Shown here: piece after piece, positions 7,860 through 15,965 of the stretch
Layout of the letters: every line of letters starts with the position of its first letter
Position numbering within the stretch: the stretch's first letter is position 1
DNA from: an uncultured Gammaproteobacteria bacterium
GTDB taxonomy: Bacteria > Patescibacteriota > Patescibacteriia > 2-12-FULL-60-25
Direction of reading: 5' to 3'
Assembly (NCBI GenBank): GCA_964413995.1
Contig: CAYPUF010000001.1
Coordinates: 37,403 to 87,386 of the forward strand
DNA: 49,984 nt
Notes under the pieces: generated by a model
What the model was told of the DNA's origin: nothing
Databases searched by the model: none
What the model saw: the letters and a program-made list of their open reading frames with translations, nothing else
Translations under genes and position numbers: made by a program

Positions 7860-8321
7860 ATGAAGAAGACGCTTGGACCCGGGGCGAAGGCGCCCGAGTT
7901 CGAACTCGAGGATGCGCGTGGCATGCGTGTCAGGCTTTCGGAGGCGCTCGCGGTCGGGCCGGTCACGCTGGTCTTTTATCCCGGCGACCGGACGCCCGGT
8001 TGCACCCTGCAGCTGTGCTCGCTGCGCGACGAGTGGGCCGCGTTTTCAAAGCTCGGCATTGCCGTGTTCGGGATCAACCACGCGGACGCCGCTTCGCACC
8101 GCGCCTTCGCGGCGGCGCATCGTTTTCCGTTCCCGCTCCTCGTCGACGGACAGAAGCGCGTGAGCAAACAATACGGGGCGACACGTCCGATCCTGAAACG
8201 CGATCTTATTCGCCGCACGGTGGTCGGCATCTCTCCCGACGGCGTGATCCGTTACTATCGCCACGGCTTCCCGAAAGCCGCGGAAATCCTGAAAGTGCTC
8301 AAGCCCTTTGCCAAAGCCTGA
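7860..8321 (+). CDS. bcp: thiol peroxidase, BCP-type peroxiredoxin
   Basis: FYPGDRTPGCTLQLCSLRD matches the BCP active-site signature PGCTxQxC. Confidence 0.85.
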   Translation: MKKTLGPGAKAPEFELEDARGMRVRLSEALAVGPVTLVFYPGDRTPGCTLQLCSLRDEWAAFSKLGIAVFGINHADAASHRAFAAAHRFPFPLLVDGQKRVSKQYGATRPILKRDLIRRTVVGISPDGVIRYYRHGFPKAAEILKVLKPFAKA

Positions 8322-8377
8322 CGCGTGTCCTATCGTTTTGAAGCCCGAGACGGGCATTGATCATTCATCTTTTCGAT

Positions 8378-8923
8378 ATGGAACAACAACCAATCACCAT
8401 CGCCCAGGTGGGCAAGCCGGCTCCCGAATTCACCCTGGAAGGGTATTCGCCGGAAGGGGCGTTCAAGGATTATGCGCTGAAGGATTATCTCGGCAAGTGG
8501 GTCGTCCTGTTCTTTTATCCGCTTGACTTCACCTTCATCTGCCCGACGGAGATTACGGAATTCACGTCCAGGAACGAGGATTTCGCCAAGCTGAACGCCG
8601 TCATCCTCGGCGCGTCGACGGATTCGTGCCACTCGCACAAAGCGTGGTGCGAAGGCAGCCTTGGCAAACAGGCGTTCCCCCTTCTCTCCGACATGACTCA
8701 CGGCGTGAGCCGCGCGTACCATGTACTCATCGAGGACAAGGGCATCGCGTTGCGCGGCACCTTCATCATCGATCCGGACGGCGTGCTCCGGTACGCGCTC
8801 TATCATGACAACGGCGTCGGCCGCTCCTGCGCCGAGACGCTCCGCGTACTCGAAGGCCTGCAAACCGGCGAGCTCTGTCCGGCGAGCTGGCACAAGGGGG
8901 ACAAAACGCTCGGAAAAGCGTAA
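8378..8923 (+). CDS. ahpC: typical 2-Cys peroxiredoxin (AhpC/Prx1 family)
   Basis: FFYPLDFTFICPTEI peroxidatic motif and C-terminal GELCPASW resolving Cys. Start taken at ATG 8378 (MEQQPITIAQVGKPAPEF). Confidence 0.88.
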   Translation: MEQQPITIAQVGKPAPEFTLEGYSPEGAFKDYALKDYLGKWVVLFFYPLDFTFICPTEITEFTSRNEDFAKLNAVILGASTDSCHSHKAWCEGSLGKQAFPLLSDMTHGVSRAYHVLIEDKGIALRGTFIIDPDGVLRYALYHDNGVGRSCAETLRVLEGLQTGELCPASWHKGDKTLGKA

Positions 8924-9018
8924 TGCGCAACGCGTAATGCATAACGAAAACGGCCAATCGGCCGCTTTTCGTTTTTTACGTTTTTTTTGCGCTTCGCTCT
9001 ATGCGTGACGCTTTACGC
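8918..9018. repeat. heptamer-word dyad with central terminator hairpin
   Basis: Left arm: gcgtaat gcgcaac gcgtaat gcataac. Centre: ACGAAAACGGCC-aatc-GGCCGcTTTTCGT (8944-8972) plus a T-run. Right arm: gcttcgc tctatgc gtgacgc tttacgc. Both convergent genes stop inside the arms. Confidence 0.75.
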
Positions 9019-9264
9019 CATGGCCTTTTTCTTTGATCCTGCCAGCGCTTCTTCAAGCAGGTTCTTGTTCCATCCGACGATCACATGGCCGTCGACGTCG
9101 ATGACGGGCACGCCCATCTGGCCGGAGAGTTTCACCATCTCCTGCGCGGCCTGCGAATCCGCGGACACGTCGATGTCTTCAAACTCGACCCCTTTTTCCT
9201 TCAGGTAGTCTTTGGTGAGCTTGCAGTACGGACACGTCGGCGTTGAATACACTTTCACATTCAT
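9013..9264 (-). CDS. glutaredoxin-like protein (NrdH/YruB type)
   Basis: MNVKVYSTPTCPYCKLTKDYLKEKGVEFEDIDV carries the CPYC thioredoxin-fold motif. 83 aa. The longer ORF-track version (to 9654) is antisense to pepA. Confidence 0.8.
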   Translation of the reverse strand: MNVKVYSTPTCPYCKLTKDYLKEKGVEFEDIDVSADSQAAQEMVKLSGQMGVPVIDVDGHVIVGWNKNLLEEALAGSKKKAMA

Positions 9265-9290
9265 ACGTGAACCAGTGTACCACATCGCCA

Positions 9291-10823
9291 TCAAAGACCC
9301 TGTAGATATCTTGCCAGGAGACGCACGCCGAAGCCGGACGCACCGGGCGGTTGGTCGGGGCGCGTCTCCCGTTCGGTGTACGACGGCCCCGCGATGTCGA
9401 GATGCGCCCAAGGGATTTCCGCCGGGACGAAGTGTTTCAGGAACATGGCGCCCGCGATCGCGCCGGCCTGCCCCTTTGCACCGACGTTTTTCACATCCGC
9501 GATCTTGGATTTGACGTGATCTTCGTAGGACGGATGCATCGGCAATTCCCAAAGCGGCTCTCCCGTCGCTTCCGCGGCGAGCTTGAGACGATCGAGCAGC
9601 TTGCGATCGGTACCCATGAGTCCCGCGATCTCCTCGCCGAGCGCGACGACGCACGCGCCGGTCAGCGTCGCGAGATCCACGATCGCGTCGGGCTTGAGCG
9701 TCGCGGCATACGAAAGCGCGTCCGCGAGCACGACGCGGCCCTCCGCGTCCGTATTCAGGATTTCGATGGTGGTGCCGTTCATCGCGCGCACCACGTCGCC
9801 GGGGCGGTACGCCTTTCCGGACGGCATGTTCTCGACGGCGAGGAAGATACCGTGCACCTCGACGTTCGGCGCGAGCTCCGGCAATGCCTTGAACAAGCCA
9901 AGCACGCTCGCGGCGCCCGCCATGTCGATCTTCATCGTCGTCATCCCGTCGGCCGGCTTGAGAGACAATCCCCCGGAATCAAATGTCACGGCCTTCCCTA
10001 CGATCACGATGCGTTTCTGCTTTCCCTGCTCCTTCAGGCTTTTTCCTTCAGGCTTATAGATCAAGTGCACGCCAACCGGTTCGTATTCCGAGCCGCGGCC
10101 AACCGCGAGCGCCGCGTGCATCTTCATCCGTTCCAGGCGCGCGCGGTCGAGGACCTTGACCGATACGCGCTTCGACAACGCGGCGAGCTCCCTGGCGACG
10201 TCGGCCATGGCCGCGGGCGTCATGTCCTGCGAAGGCGTGTTCACAAGATCGCGCGCGAGGCACGTCGCCCCGGCAAGTGCGGCCGCTTCGAGGAAGCCGC
10301 GTTCGATCGCCGCCACGGACGTCGCGGACGGCTCATAGACGGTGAGCGTCTTGAGTTTCGTTTTCGTGTGACGATCCGCGTTCCGCTTGTGATACGCATG
10401 AAACCCGTACGCGGCGAGATGCGCGCCCTCCGCGAACGCGGCGCCCGCCTCGCGCGCGGACAACGAGGACGACGGAAGCGCCGACCACGTGGTCGCGACG
10501 TTTTTCGCTTTCAACTCGCGCGCCTTCTTGACCGTGATCGCGCCGAGGCGGCGATACGTGTCGGCCGTGATCGTGTCGCGTCCTCCCGCGCCGATGAACG
10601 CCACGAACTTCGCTTTCAGCGTGCCGTACGTCGGCAAGATCAGGATATCGCCCAGCCCGCCCTCGAATCCGCGGCTTTCAGCATGCGCGACCAGATCCTC
10701 GTCCAGCCGTTTCTTGAACGTGGCCGTCAAACCGGAAAACAGCGTTTTTCCTTTGGTGACGGGCAAAACAACCATGTCCGAAGCCTGGTCGAACGGACTG
10801 CCCCCTAAAACACGTATTTCCAT
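9291..10823 (-). CDS. pepA: leucyl aminopeptidase (M17)
   Basis: VGKAVTFDSGGLSLKP, NTDAEGR and GACVVALG motifs. Start set to MEIRVLGG (10823). Confidence 0.9.
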   Translation of the reverse strand: MEIRVLGGSPFDQASDMVVLPVTKGKTLFSGLTATFKKRLDEDLVAHAESRGFEGGLGDILILPTYGTLKAKFVAFIGAGGRDTITADTYRRLGAITVKKARELKAKNVATTWSALPSSSLSAREAGAAFAEGAHLAAYGFHAYHKRNADRHTKTKLKTLTVYEPSATSVAAIERGFLEAAALAGATCLARDLVNTPSQDMTPAAMADVARELAALSKRVSVKVLDRARLERMKMHAALAVGRGSEYEPVGVHLIYKPEGKSLKEQGKQKRIVIVGKAVTFDSGGLSLKPADGMTTMKIDMAGAASVLGLFKALPELAPNVEVHGIFLAVENMPSGKAYRPGDVVRAMNGTTIEILNTDAEGRVVLADALSYAATLKPDAIVDLATLTGACVVALGEEIAGLMGTDRKLLDRLKLAAEATGEPLWELPMHPSYEDHVKSKIADVKNVGAKGQAGAIAGAMFLKHFVPAEIPWAHLDIAGPSYTERETRPDQPPGASGFGVRLLARYLQGL

Positions 10824-10885
10824 AGAACCCGACCTTATCCACATGTCAGGGATGATGCAACCCGACAAAAAAAGACCCGGAGGGG

Positions 10886-11701
10886 TCAGAGGAACCGCTC
10901 ACGAACGTTTCGCGCCTTCATCCGTCGGCGATGCGACTCGCATACGTCAGCCGAGAGAAACCGCGATTCGCCCAGATTGCAGTAGTACACCACACGACGC
11001 TCGATGACGAGCCAGGCGCGTCGCTGCGAGCGAGGCTTGTGGTCGAAGTGGTCGAGGAGGGCGGCGTCCGGATTGAAGAGGATCGGATGCTCGACCGCTT
11101 CCAACATCGAGGCGTCGCTCATGGCGTCGCCGACCGCGATCGAACCCTCGAACGTCAGGCCTTCGCGCCGAGCGATCTCTTCCCGCAAGACCTCTCCCTT
11201 TCTCGCGGCATGCACGACGACACGATCCGGCGTTCCATACAGCTTGCCGTCCGGGTCGAGATCGTACTCCGTACCGAGCACCACATCGAACCCCCACTCC
11301 CGCGCAAACGGCTCGGCCACTCCGTGGAACGACCCGCTGATCGCGACGGTGAAGTATCCGCGCTCCCGGACCGCATGAAGCAGCTCACGGGTGAACAGGT
11401 ACGTCCGGTCGCGTTCGCGACGCGCGATCTCCTCCGCGATCGCATGCACCGCCGCGGCGTCAAGGCCGGCAAAGAAGCCGCGATCGAGCACTTGGCAGAA
11501 CTCGGTGCCGTACTCGCCGTACGGCACAAGCCGCCGGTCATAGGCGTCCCGGAGACCGTCCGCCTTTTCAAAGGCGTCCGCGGGAGCGAGTCCGCGACGC
11601 ACGCATTCGCGCGCCACGCATTCGCCCAGCGACTCCCCGGAACGGGTACCGCGATGCAGCGTCGCGTCGATATCGAAACAGGCAACTCTTCGCTTATTCA
11701 C
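10886..11701 (-). CDS. HAD-IB family hydrolase (phosphoserine phosphatase-like)
   Basis: DxD motif CFDIDATL, ISGS, and GDAMSDASML motif IV. GTG start at 11701 is preceded by GGAGGTG (11706-11712). Confidence 0.75.
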   Translation of the reverse strand: MNKRRVACFDIDATLHRGTRSGESLGECVARECVRRGLAPADAFEKADGLRDAYDRRLVPYGEYGTEFCQVLDRGFFAGLDAAAVHAIAEEIARRERDRTYLFTRELLHAVRERGYFTVAISGSFHGVAEPFAREWGFDVVLGTEYDLDPDGKLYGTPDRVVVHAARKGEVLREEIARREGLTFEGSIAVGDAMSDASMLEAVEHPILFNPDAALLDHFDHKPRSQRRAWLVIERRVVYYCNLGESRFLSADVCESHRRRMKARNVRERFL

Positions 11702-11763
11702 GCGGCACCTCCTTGCTTGTCCCGTCGGATGACGGGGTCGATGTGCGCGGTGAGCCTTCCAGA

Positions 11764-12312
11764 TTAGTTCAGCCTGGTCAAGACGAGAAACAGGAACGCC
11801 GCAAGCGGCGCGTAGGCAATGAACATGAGCAGGTACCAGCGCAGCTCGCGGAAGGCGGACATGGATCGATGCTCCTCTTTGACATCGTAGATGGCCATGC
11901 CCGCGATCACGAACGTCATGGCCGAAACGGTGAGGCACCACACGCAATACGCCTTGATCACGACCGCTTGCAGCAGGATCAGATACACGGATTCCAGCGC
12001 CCCGATCGCGGCCAGCACCTTTGTCAGCTGGCGCAAACGATCAGCGTATTTGTCCGTCGCGGCACGGATGCACAAGAGCGCGAAGAACGGCGCGAAGAAC
12101 GCGAGACCGAGCGCGGGGCGCGGGATCGCGCCGAAGACATACGCCCACTCCGAGGCGCGCACCGCGTCACAGCCGCCGGGACCGTCGAGACCGCACACGA
12201 TAGGCGCGTTCCGTACGTACACGTCGAGCAGGTACGCCGAGGCAAACGCCCCGACGAGCGCGGCGCCTGCCATGAGGAGTCTTGCCTGCGGCGGCTTGAT
12301 CAGTCTTCGCAT
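11764..12312 (-). CDS. vitamin K epoxide reductase (VKOR) family membrane protein
   Basis: Loop Cys pair CGLDGPGGC and active-site CVWC in a TM helix; 4-5 TM segments. The start is ambiguous (12312, 12327 or 12273). Confidence 0.72.
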   Translation of the reverse strand: MRRLIKPPQARLLMAGAALVGAFASAYLLDVYVRNAPIVCGLDGPGGCDAVRASEWAYVFGAIPRPALGLAFFAPFFALLCIRAATDKYADRLRQLTKVLAAIGALESVYLILLQAVVIKAYCVWCLTVSAMTFVIAGMAIYDVKEEHRSMSAFRELRWYLLMFIAYAPLAAFLFLVLTRLN

Positions 12313-12896
12313 ACTCCATCGGCCCACAGCCCGCGCTTCTGCGCGCGCGCCTCTTCCTCCAATCTCATCAATTCGGCTTTCCGCGTTTTGTCCTGCGGGA
12401 ACCCGACGTACGCATACGCATATCCTTCCCCGACGAGCACCGCATTTACATCGGTGCCGTCCTCGAGAAAAACATTACGCAACAAACGGCCGTATTTGTC
12501 CACCTCGTCGGCCTGCGGATCCGCCTCGAGCCGGACGCGCTTTCCGTCCGTCATCGCTTTCGTGAAGGCGGATGCCTCCTTGCCGAAACACTCGACCGGA
12601 CGGCGTGGATCGACCGTTTCCGGCGTGTTCACGCCGAGGAGCCGCACGCTCGCCTCGGTCCCGCCGTCCAACGCGACATTCAGCGTATCCCCGTCCACCG
12701 CGCGGAGAACAAGCGCGTTGGTAACGGTGATGGCGGCATCACCTCCCCTCTCCCCTCCTCCCAGAGGAGGAGCGGTGGTGCGCGGTAGATCGATCCCGCC
12801 CGGCGCCGCGCTCACGCGCGAAAGCACGATCAAAAACACGGCCGCGACCACGACGGCGATCAGACGTTCCCAACGCTTTTTCGACATCCGCGCCAT
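12300..12896 (-). CDS. membrane-anchored staphylococcal-type nuclease (SNase/thermonuclease)
   Basis: N-terminal anchor followed by VDGDTLNV...VRLLGVNTPE...KYGRLL...ARAQKRGLW, a typical SNase fold signature. Confidence 0.85.
   Translation of the reverse strand: MARMSKKRWERLIAVVVAAVFLIVLSRVSAAPGGIDLPRTTAPPLGGGERGGDAAITVTNALVLRAVDGDTLNVALDGGTEASVRLLGVNTPETVDPRRPVECFGKEASAFTKAMTDGKRVRLEADPQADEVDKYGRLLRNVFLEDGTDVNAVLVGEGYAYAYVGFPQDKTRKAELMRLEEEARAQKRGLWADGVCED
12740..12780. repeat. CTCCTCC-caga-GGAGGAG palindrome inside the nuclease gene
   Basis: Stem at 12755-12761 / 12766-12772, plus outer CACC/GGTG. Translated on the minus strand as PPLGGGERGG. A sister copy lies at 37472-37497. Confidence 0.7.
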
Positions 12897-12966
12897 GGTA
12901 GCACGACACGCGCGCCTTGACAGGATGAATAAGAATATGTACCCCTAAGAGACGAAAGGAGACCCC

Positions 12967-13272
12967 ATGCGAGGCAGAGGAAAATCCATCCGCACGGGAG
13001 ACTTCTTCTCCCGACCGCGCGCATCACATCTCAACGACGCGATCCCGTTCGTCGACCTACACGGGTTGCGCCACCACATCGGCGAAGCCCGGGTGAAGCA
13101 TTTCATGCGGGAGCAGCTCGTGAAGGGAACGCCGGCCGTGAAGATCATCCACGGCAACGGCCAGGGCGTGATGCGCCAGGTCGCCTACGACTGGATCAGG
13201 ACGAACCGCGCGCGTGTGTGGAAAACCGAAGACGTCGGGCCGGCCGTCATCGTCTATCTCACGCGTACCTGA
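12967..13272 (+). CDS. Smr domain protein
   Basis: VDLHGLR...VKIIHGNGQGVMRQ is a typical Smr/MutS2 C-terminal domain signature. SD-like GGAGA lies 4 nt upstream of the ATG. Confidence 0.8.
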   Translation: MRGRGKSIRTGDFFSRPRASHLNDAIPFVDLHGLRHHIGEARVKHFMREQLVKGTPAVKIIHGNGQGVMRQVAYDWIRTNRARVWKTEDVGPAVIVYLTRT

Positions 13273-13358
13273 ATCAGACCCCCTGTCCGCCAACGTCGCG
13301 CGAAGCGAGACGGGGCGGATTTTTCTTTTCCGTCGCGCGTGACGTATGCTGACGACGT

Positions 13359-14291
13359 ATGAAACGACTGCTTCTGTCCTCCGCCCTTCTCGGGCTCCTC
13401 GGTACCGGATGCGCCAAGCCCGCCGACCTGCCCGGCACCGACGACGCGCCGCCCATGGACGCGACCCCGAGCGTCTCGGCTCCCGAACGCCCGCATGCCT
13501 CCCTCGGCATGCGTACGGTGTTCCGCGCCTGGAATGACGGCGGGAGCGACCGGTGCGTATTCCGGATCGTGTATCCGCAATTCCAGGCCCGCGTACGCGG
13601 CGAGGCCGAACCCGACCGCCGGTGGGATGCCGCGAACCGGGAACTGGAGCGCGCGGCGCTCACCGGCTACGTCCCGACCTCCACCGACGGGTCATTCGAC
13701 CTCGAACGCGGCGCCGACGCCTACATCGAACAATGCCGCGCGGAGCTTGAGGAACTGTCCGCCGCGCTCGGTAACGACGAAACGGGATACATGCAGTACG
13801 TGCAGTCCGTCGGCTACGATGTCGAGCTGCTCCAGGACGGCCTCGCGAGCCTCGTCATCCAAAGCTACTCCTACAGCGGCGGCGCGCACGGCCTGCCGTG
13901 GCTCCACGGCGTGACGCTGACGGTTCCCGAGGGGCGCCGGTTGAGGCTCGGCGATCTCGTCAAGCCGGATCGGCTCAAGCCGCTCCTGCAGATGGTGCGA
14001 CGGCAGCTCGTCGACGAATGGGACGAAGCGCTGATCCCGGAAGCAGCCGCGGCCTTCTCCGCGTACGTGGGGGACGCGAACCCCGCGACGGACGAGGAGC
14101 TCCGCGAACTTGCCGCCTACGAGGATTTTTATCTCACGCCGAACGGGTTCGTGTTTTATTGGAACGTCTATGACGTCGCGCCGTACGCCGCCGGCCAGCT
14201 GACCGTGACGGTTCCGTTCCGCACGGTGGCCGACTGGCTCGAATCCGGCGCGCCCGTCACCGCGCTTTTCCGTTCTTCATCTTCTCGGTGA
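13359..14291 (+). CDS. lipoprotein with DUF3298/DUF4163-like (RsiV/PdaC C-terminal type) domain
   Basis: Signal peptide plus lipobox (LLGTGC). SYSYSGGAHGLPW is typical of DUF3298. Confidence 0.65.
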   Translation: MKRLLLSSALLGLLGTGCAKPADLPGTDDAPPMDATPSVSAPERPHASLGMRTVFRAWNDGGSDRCVFRIVYPQFQARVRGEAEPDRRWDAANRELERAALTGYVPTSTDGSFDLERGADAYIEQCRAELEELSAALGNDETGYMQYVQSVGYDVELLQDGLASLVIQSYSYSGGAHGLPWLHGVTLTVPEGRRLRLGDLVKPDRLKPLLQMVRRQLVDEWDEALIPEAAAAFSAYVGDANPATDEELRELAAYEDFYLTPNGFVFYWNVYDVAPYAAGQLTVTVPFRTVADWLESGAPVTALFRSSSSR

Positions 14292-15318
14292 GGATGGGAT
14301 GCTCCTTCAGCACGAGAATGCGATAGATGTCGAGCAGGGCGAACAGCAGACTGATCGTGAGCGGACCGAGTAAAAATCCGAGCGGTCCGTACAGGACAAG
14401 CCCGCCGAGTACCGCGAACAGGATGAACAGCGGGTGGATCTTCGCGCCCTTGCCGATCAGCATCGGGCCGAGGAGATTGTCGATCAGCCCGACGGCCAGC
14501 GCGCCCCATACGAGCAGGCCCGCCCCTTGCCAAAGCTGGCCCGTCGCAAAGAGATAGATAATCCCCGGCACGAGCACGAGGCTGGTCCCGACGCCGGGGA
14601 TCAGCGCGCTGACCGCCGCGATGCTTCCCCACAGGGCCGGGTTGGGGATGCCGAACATCCAGAAGCCGAGACCGGTGAGCAGTCCCTGGATGAGGGCGAC
14701 GAGCAGCTGGCCGCGTACCATCGAATTGATCGACAGCGCCATGCGGTCGAGCACGTCCTGGTCGTAGCGATCGGATAACGGGCTCAAAGCCACGAAGGAA
14801 TGCACGAAACGCGGTCCGTCTTTCAGCAAATAATAGAAAGCGATGGTAAACAGGAAGATCCCGGCCACGACCTCCACGGTGCCGGAAAAGATGCGGCCCA
14901 GATTCGATGTGAGCACCGAGAGCCCTTGGCGGACATACGTCTCGGTTTCGATCTGGAAGCCCGGGACCGCCTCGCGCAGCGGACCGAAGAAGATGCGCTC
15001 GAGCGTATCGAGATACACGTCGCGTTGCGCGGAGATCGCGGCGAGCAGGTCCGCGGATTCGGTGAACACCTGGTACCCGAGGAAGGCGACCGGGATGAAG
15101 ATCAGCATCCCCGCGAGCAGCACGGTCAGGAACGAAGACAGGCCGTCATTCAGGCGCGTCGCGTATTTCACGCGCTCCTTAAGCGGATGCGCGACCACCG
15201 CCGCCATGGCCGCGACCGCCAGCACGCCAAGAAAGGGACGGAACAGCACGAACCCGACGAACAGCGCGAGCGCGAGCATCGCGAGAAGAAACGAATACTG
15301 CAGACGTTTCGTGCGCAT
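14257..15318 (-). CDS. AI-2E family transporter (PerM/UPF0118)
   Basis: 8 TM topology; conserved C-terminal block IDNLLGPMLIGKGAKIHPLFILFAVLGG. Confidence 0.85.
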   Translation of the reverse strand: MRTKRLQYSFLLAMLALALFVGFVLFRPFLGVLAVAAMAAVVAHPLKERVKYATRLNDGLSSFLTVLLAGMLIFIPVAFLGYQVFTESADLLAAISAQRDVYLDTLERIFFGPLREAVPGFQIETETYVRQGLSVLTSNLGRIFSGTVEVVAGIFLFTIAFYYLLKDGPRFVHSFVALSPLSDRYDQDVLDRMALSINSMVRGQLLVALIQGLLTGLGFWMFGIPNPALWGSIAAVSALIPGVGTSLVLVPGIIYLFATGQLWQGAGLLVWGALAVGLIDNLLGPMLIGKGAKIHPLFILFAVLGGLVLYGPLGFLLGPLTISLLFALLDIYRILVLKEHPILTEKMKNGKAR

Positions 15319-15330
15319 GCGGCAAGTATA

Positions 15331-15798
15331 TCATGTTCGCAGATCGCGCCCGTCCAAGGGGTGCATGCGCGCGACAAATCCGAGCGCGAGCGAAATGATC
15401 ACCAGGTTCTTGATGATGTACTGGCCTTCGAACGTCGGAACGAACCAGCCGCGCCACGCCAGTTCCGGAAGGAAGATCAGCGGCAGGAATGTGGCCGCCA
15501 TGTGGAAGAGCAGCAGCGGCATCACGACGCGCACGGCCTTCGGGAACAGGAAAAGGATGCCGATCCCCATTTCCAGACCGGCAAAGAATACGTAAAACGG
15601 ATCGAACGGCATCATCTGGACCAGCGTCTGTTCGAACAACGCCTGCACGAGACCGGTCGCGGGACTCAAGCCGAGAACCTTCAGGATGCCGAACCAGAAG
15701 AACACGATGAACAGGGATGCGCGGGAAAGCGGATCAATCACGCGACGGACGAAGGCGATGGCGGTTCGGTCAAACGCGATCAGCGGCTTCTTGAGCAT
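15331..15798 (-). CDS. small membrane protein (DoxX/DUF417-like)
   Basis: 155 aa with 4 TM segments; FWFGILKVLG is reminiscent of DoxX/DUF417. Tentative. Confidence 0.55.
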   Translation of the reverse strand: MLKKPLIAFDRTAIAFVRRVIDPLSRASLFIVFFWFGILKVLGLSPATGLVQALFEQTLVQMMPFDPFYVFFAGLEMGIGILFLFPKAVRVVMPLLLFHMAATFLPLIFLPELAWRGWFVPTFEGQYIIKNLVIISLALGFVARMHPLDGRDLRT

Positions 15799-15834
15799 AG
15801 GCGGATGAACGCATCATGACCGTTCGTCAACGGA

Positions 15835-15863
15835 TTGACAACGGATCCCATTTAATATAGTAT
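15835..15863 (+). promoter_or_regulatory. sigma70-type promoter for the helicase gene
   Basis: TTGACA (15835-15840), 17-nt spacer, TAGTAT (15858-15863). This leaves a leader of about 100 nt. Confidence 0.5.
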
Positions 15864-15965
15864 GTAATCCTAATTACGTTAGCCGATCCGCCAAGGGCGG
15901 ACGGATGACTCGTGACCGGCATGCGGAGGACCGCACTGGCTGTCAGGGAACGGGTCTGCAACCAC

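Noticed and set aside
9013-9654. 213-aa ORF containing the glutaredoxin-like domain.
   Set aside because: Only the last 83 aa look like a protein (CPYC fold). The upstream part overlaps pepA in antisense and is Arg-rich.
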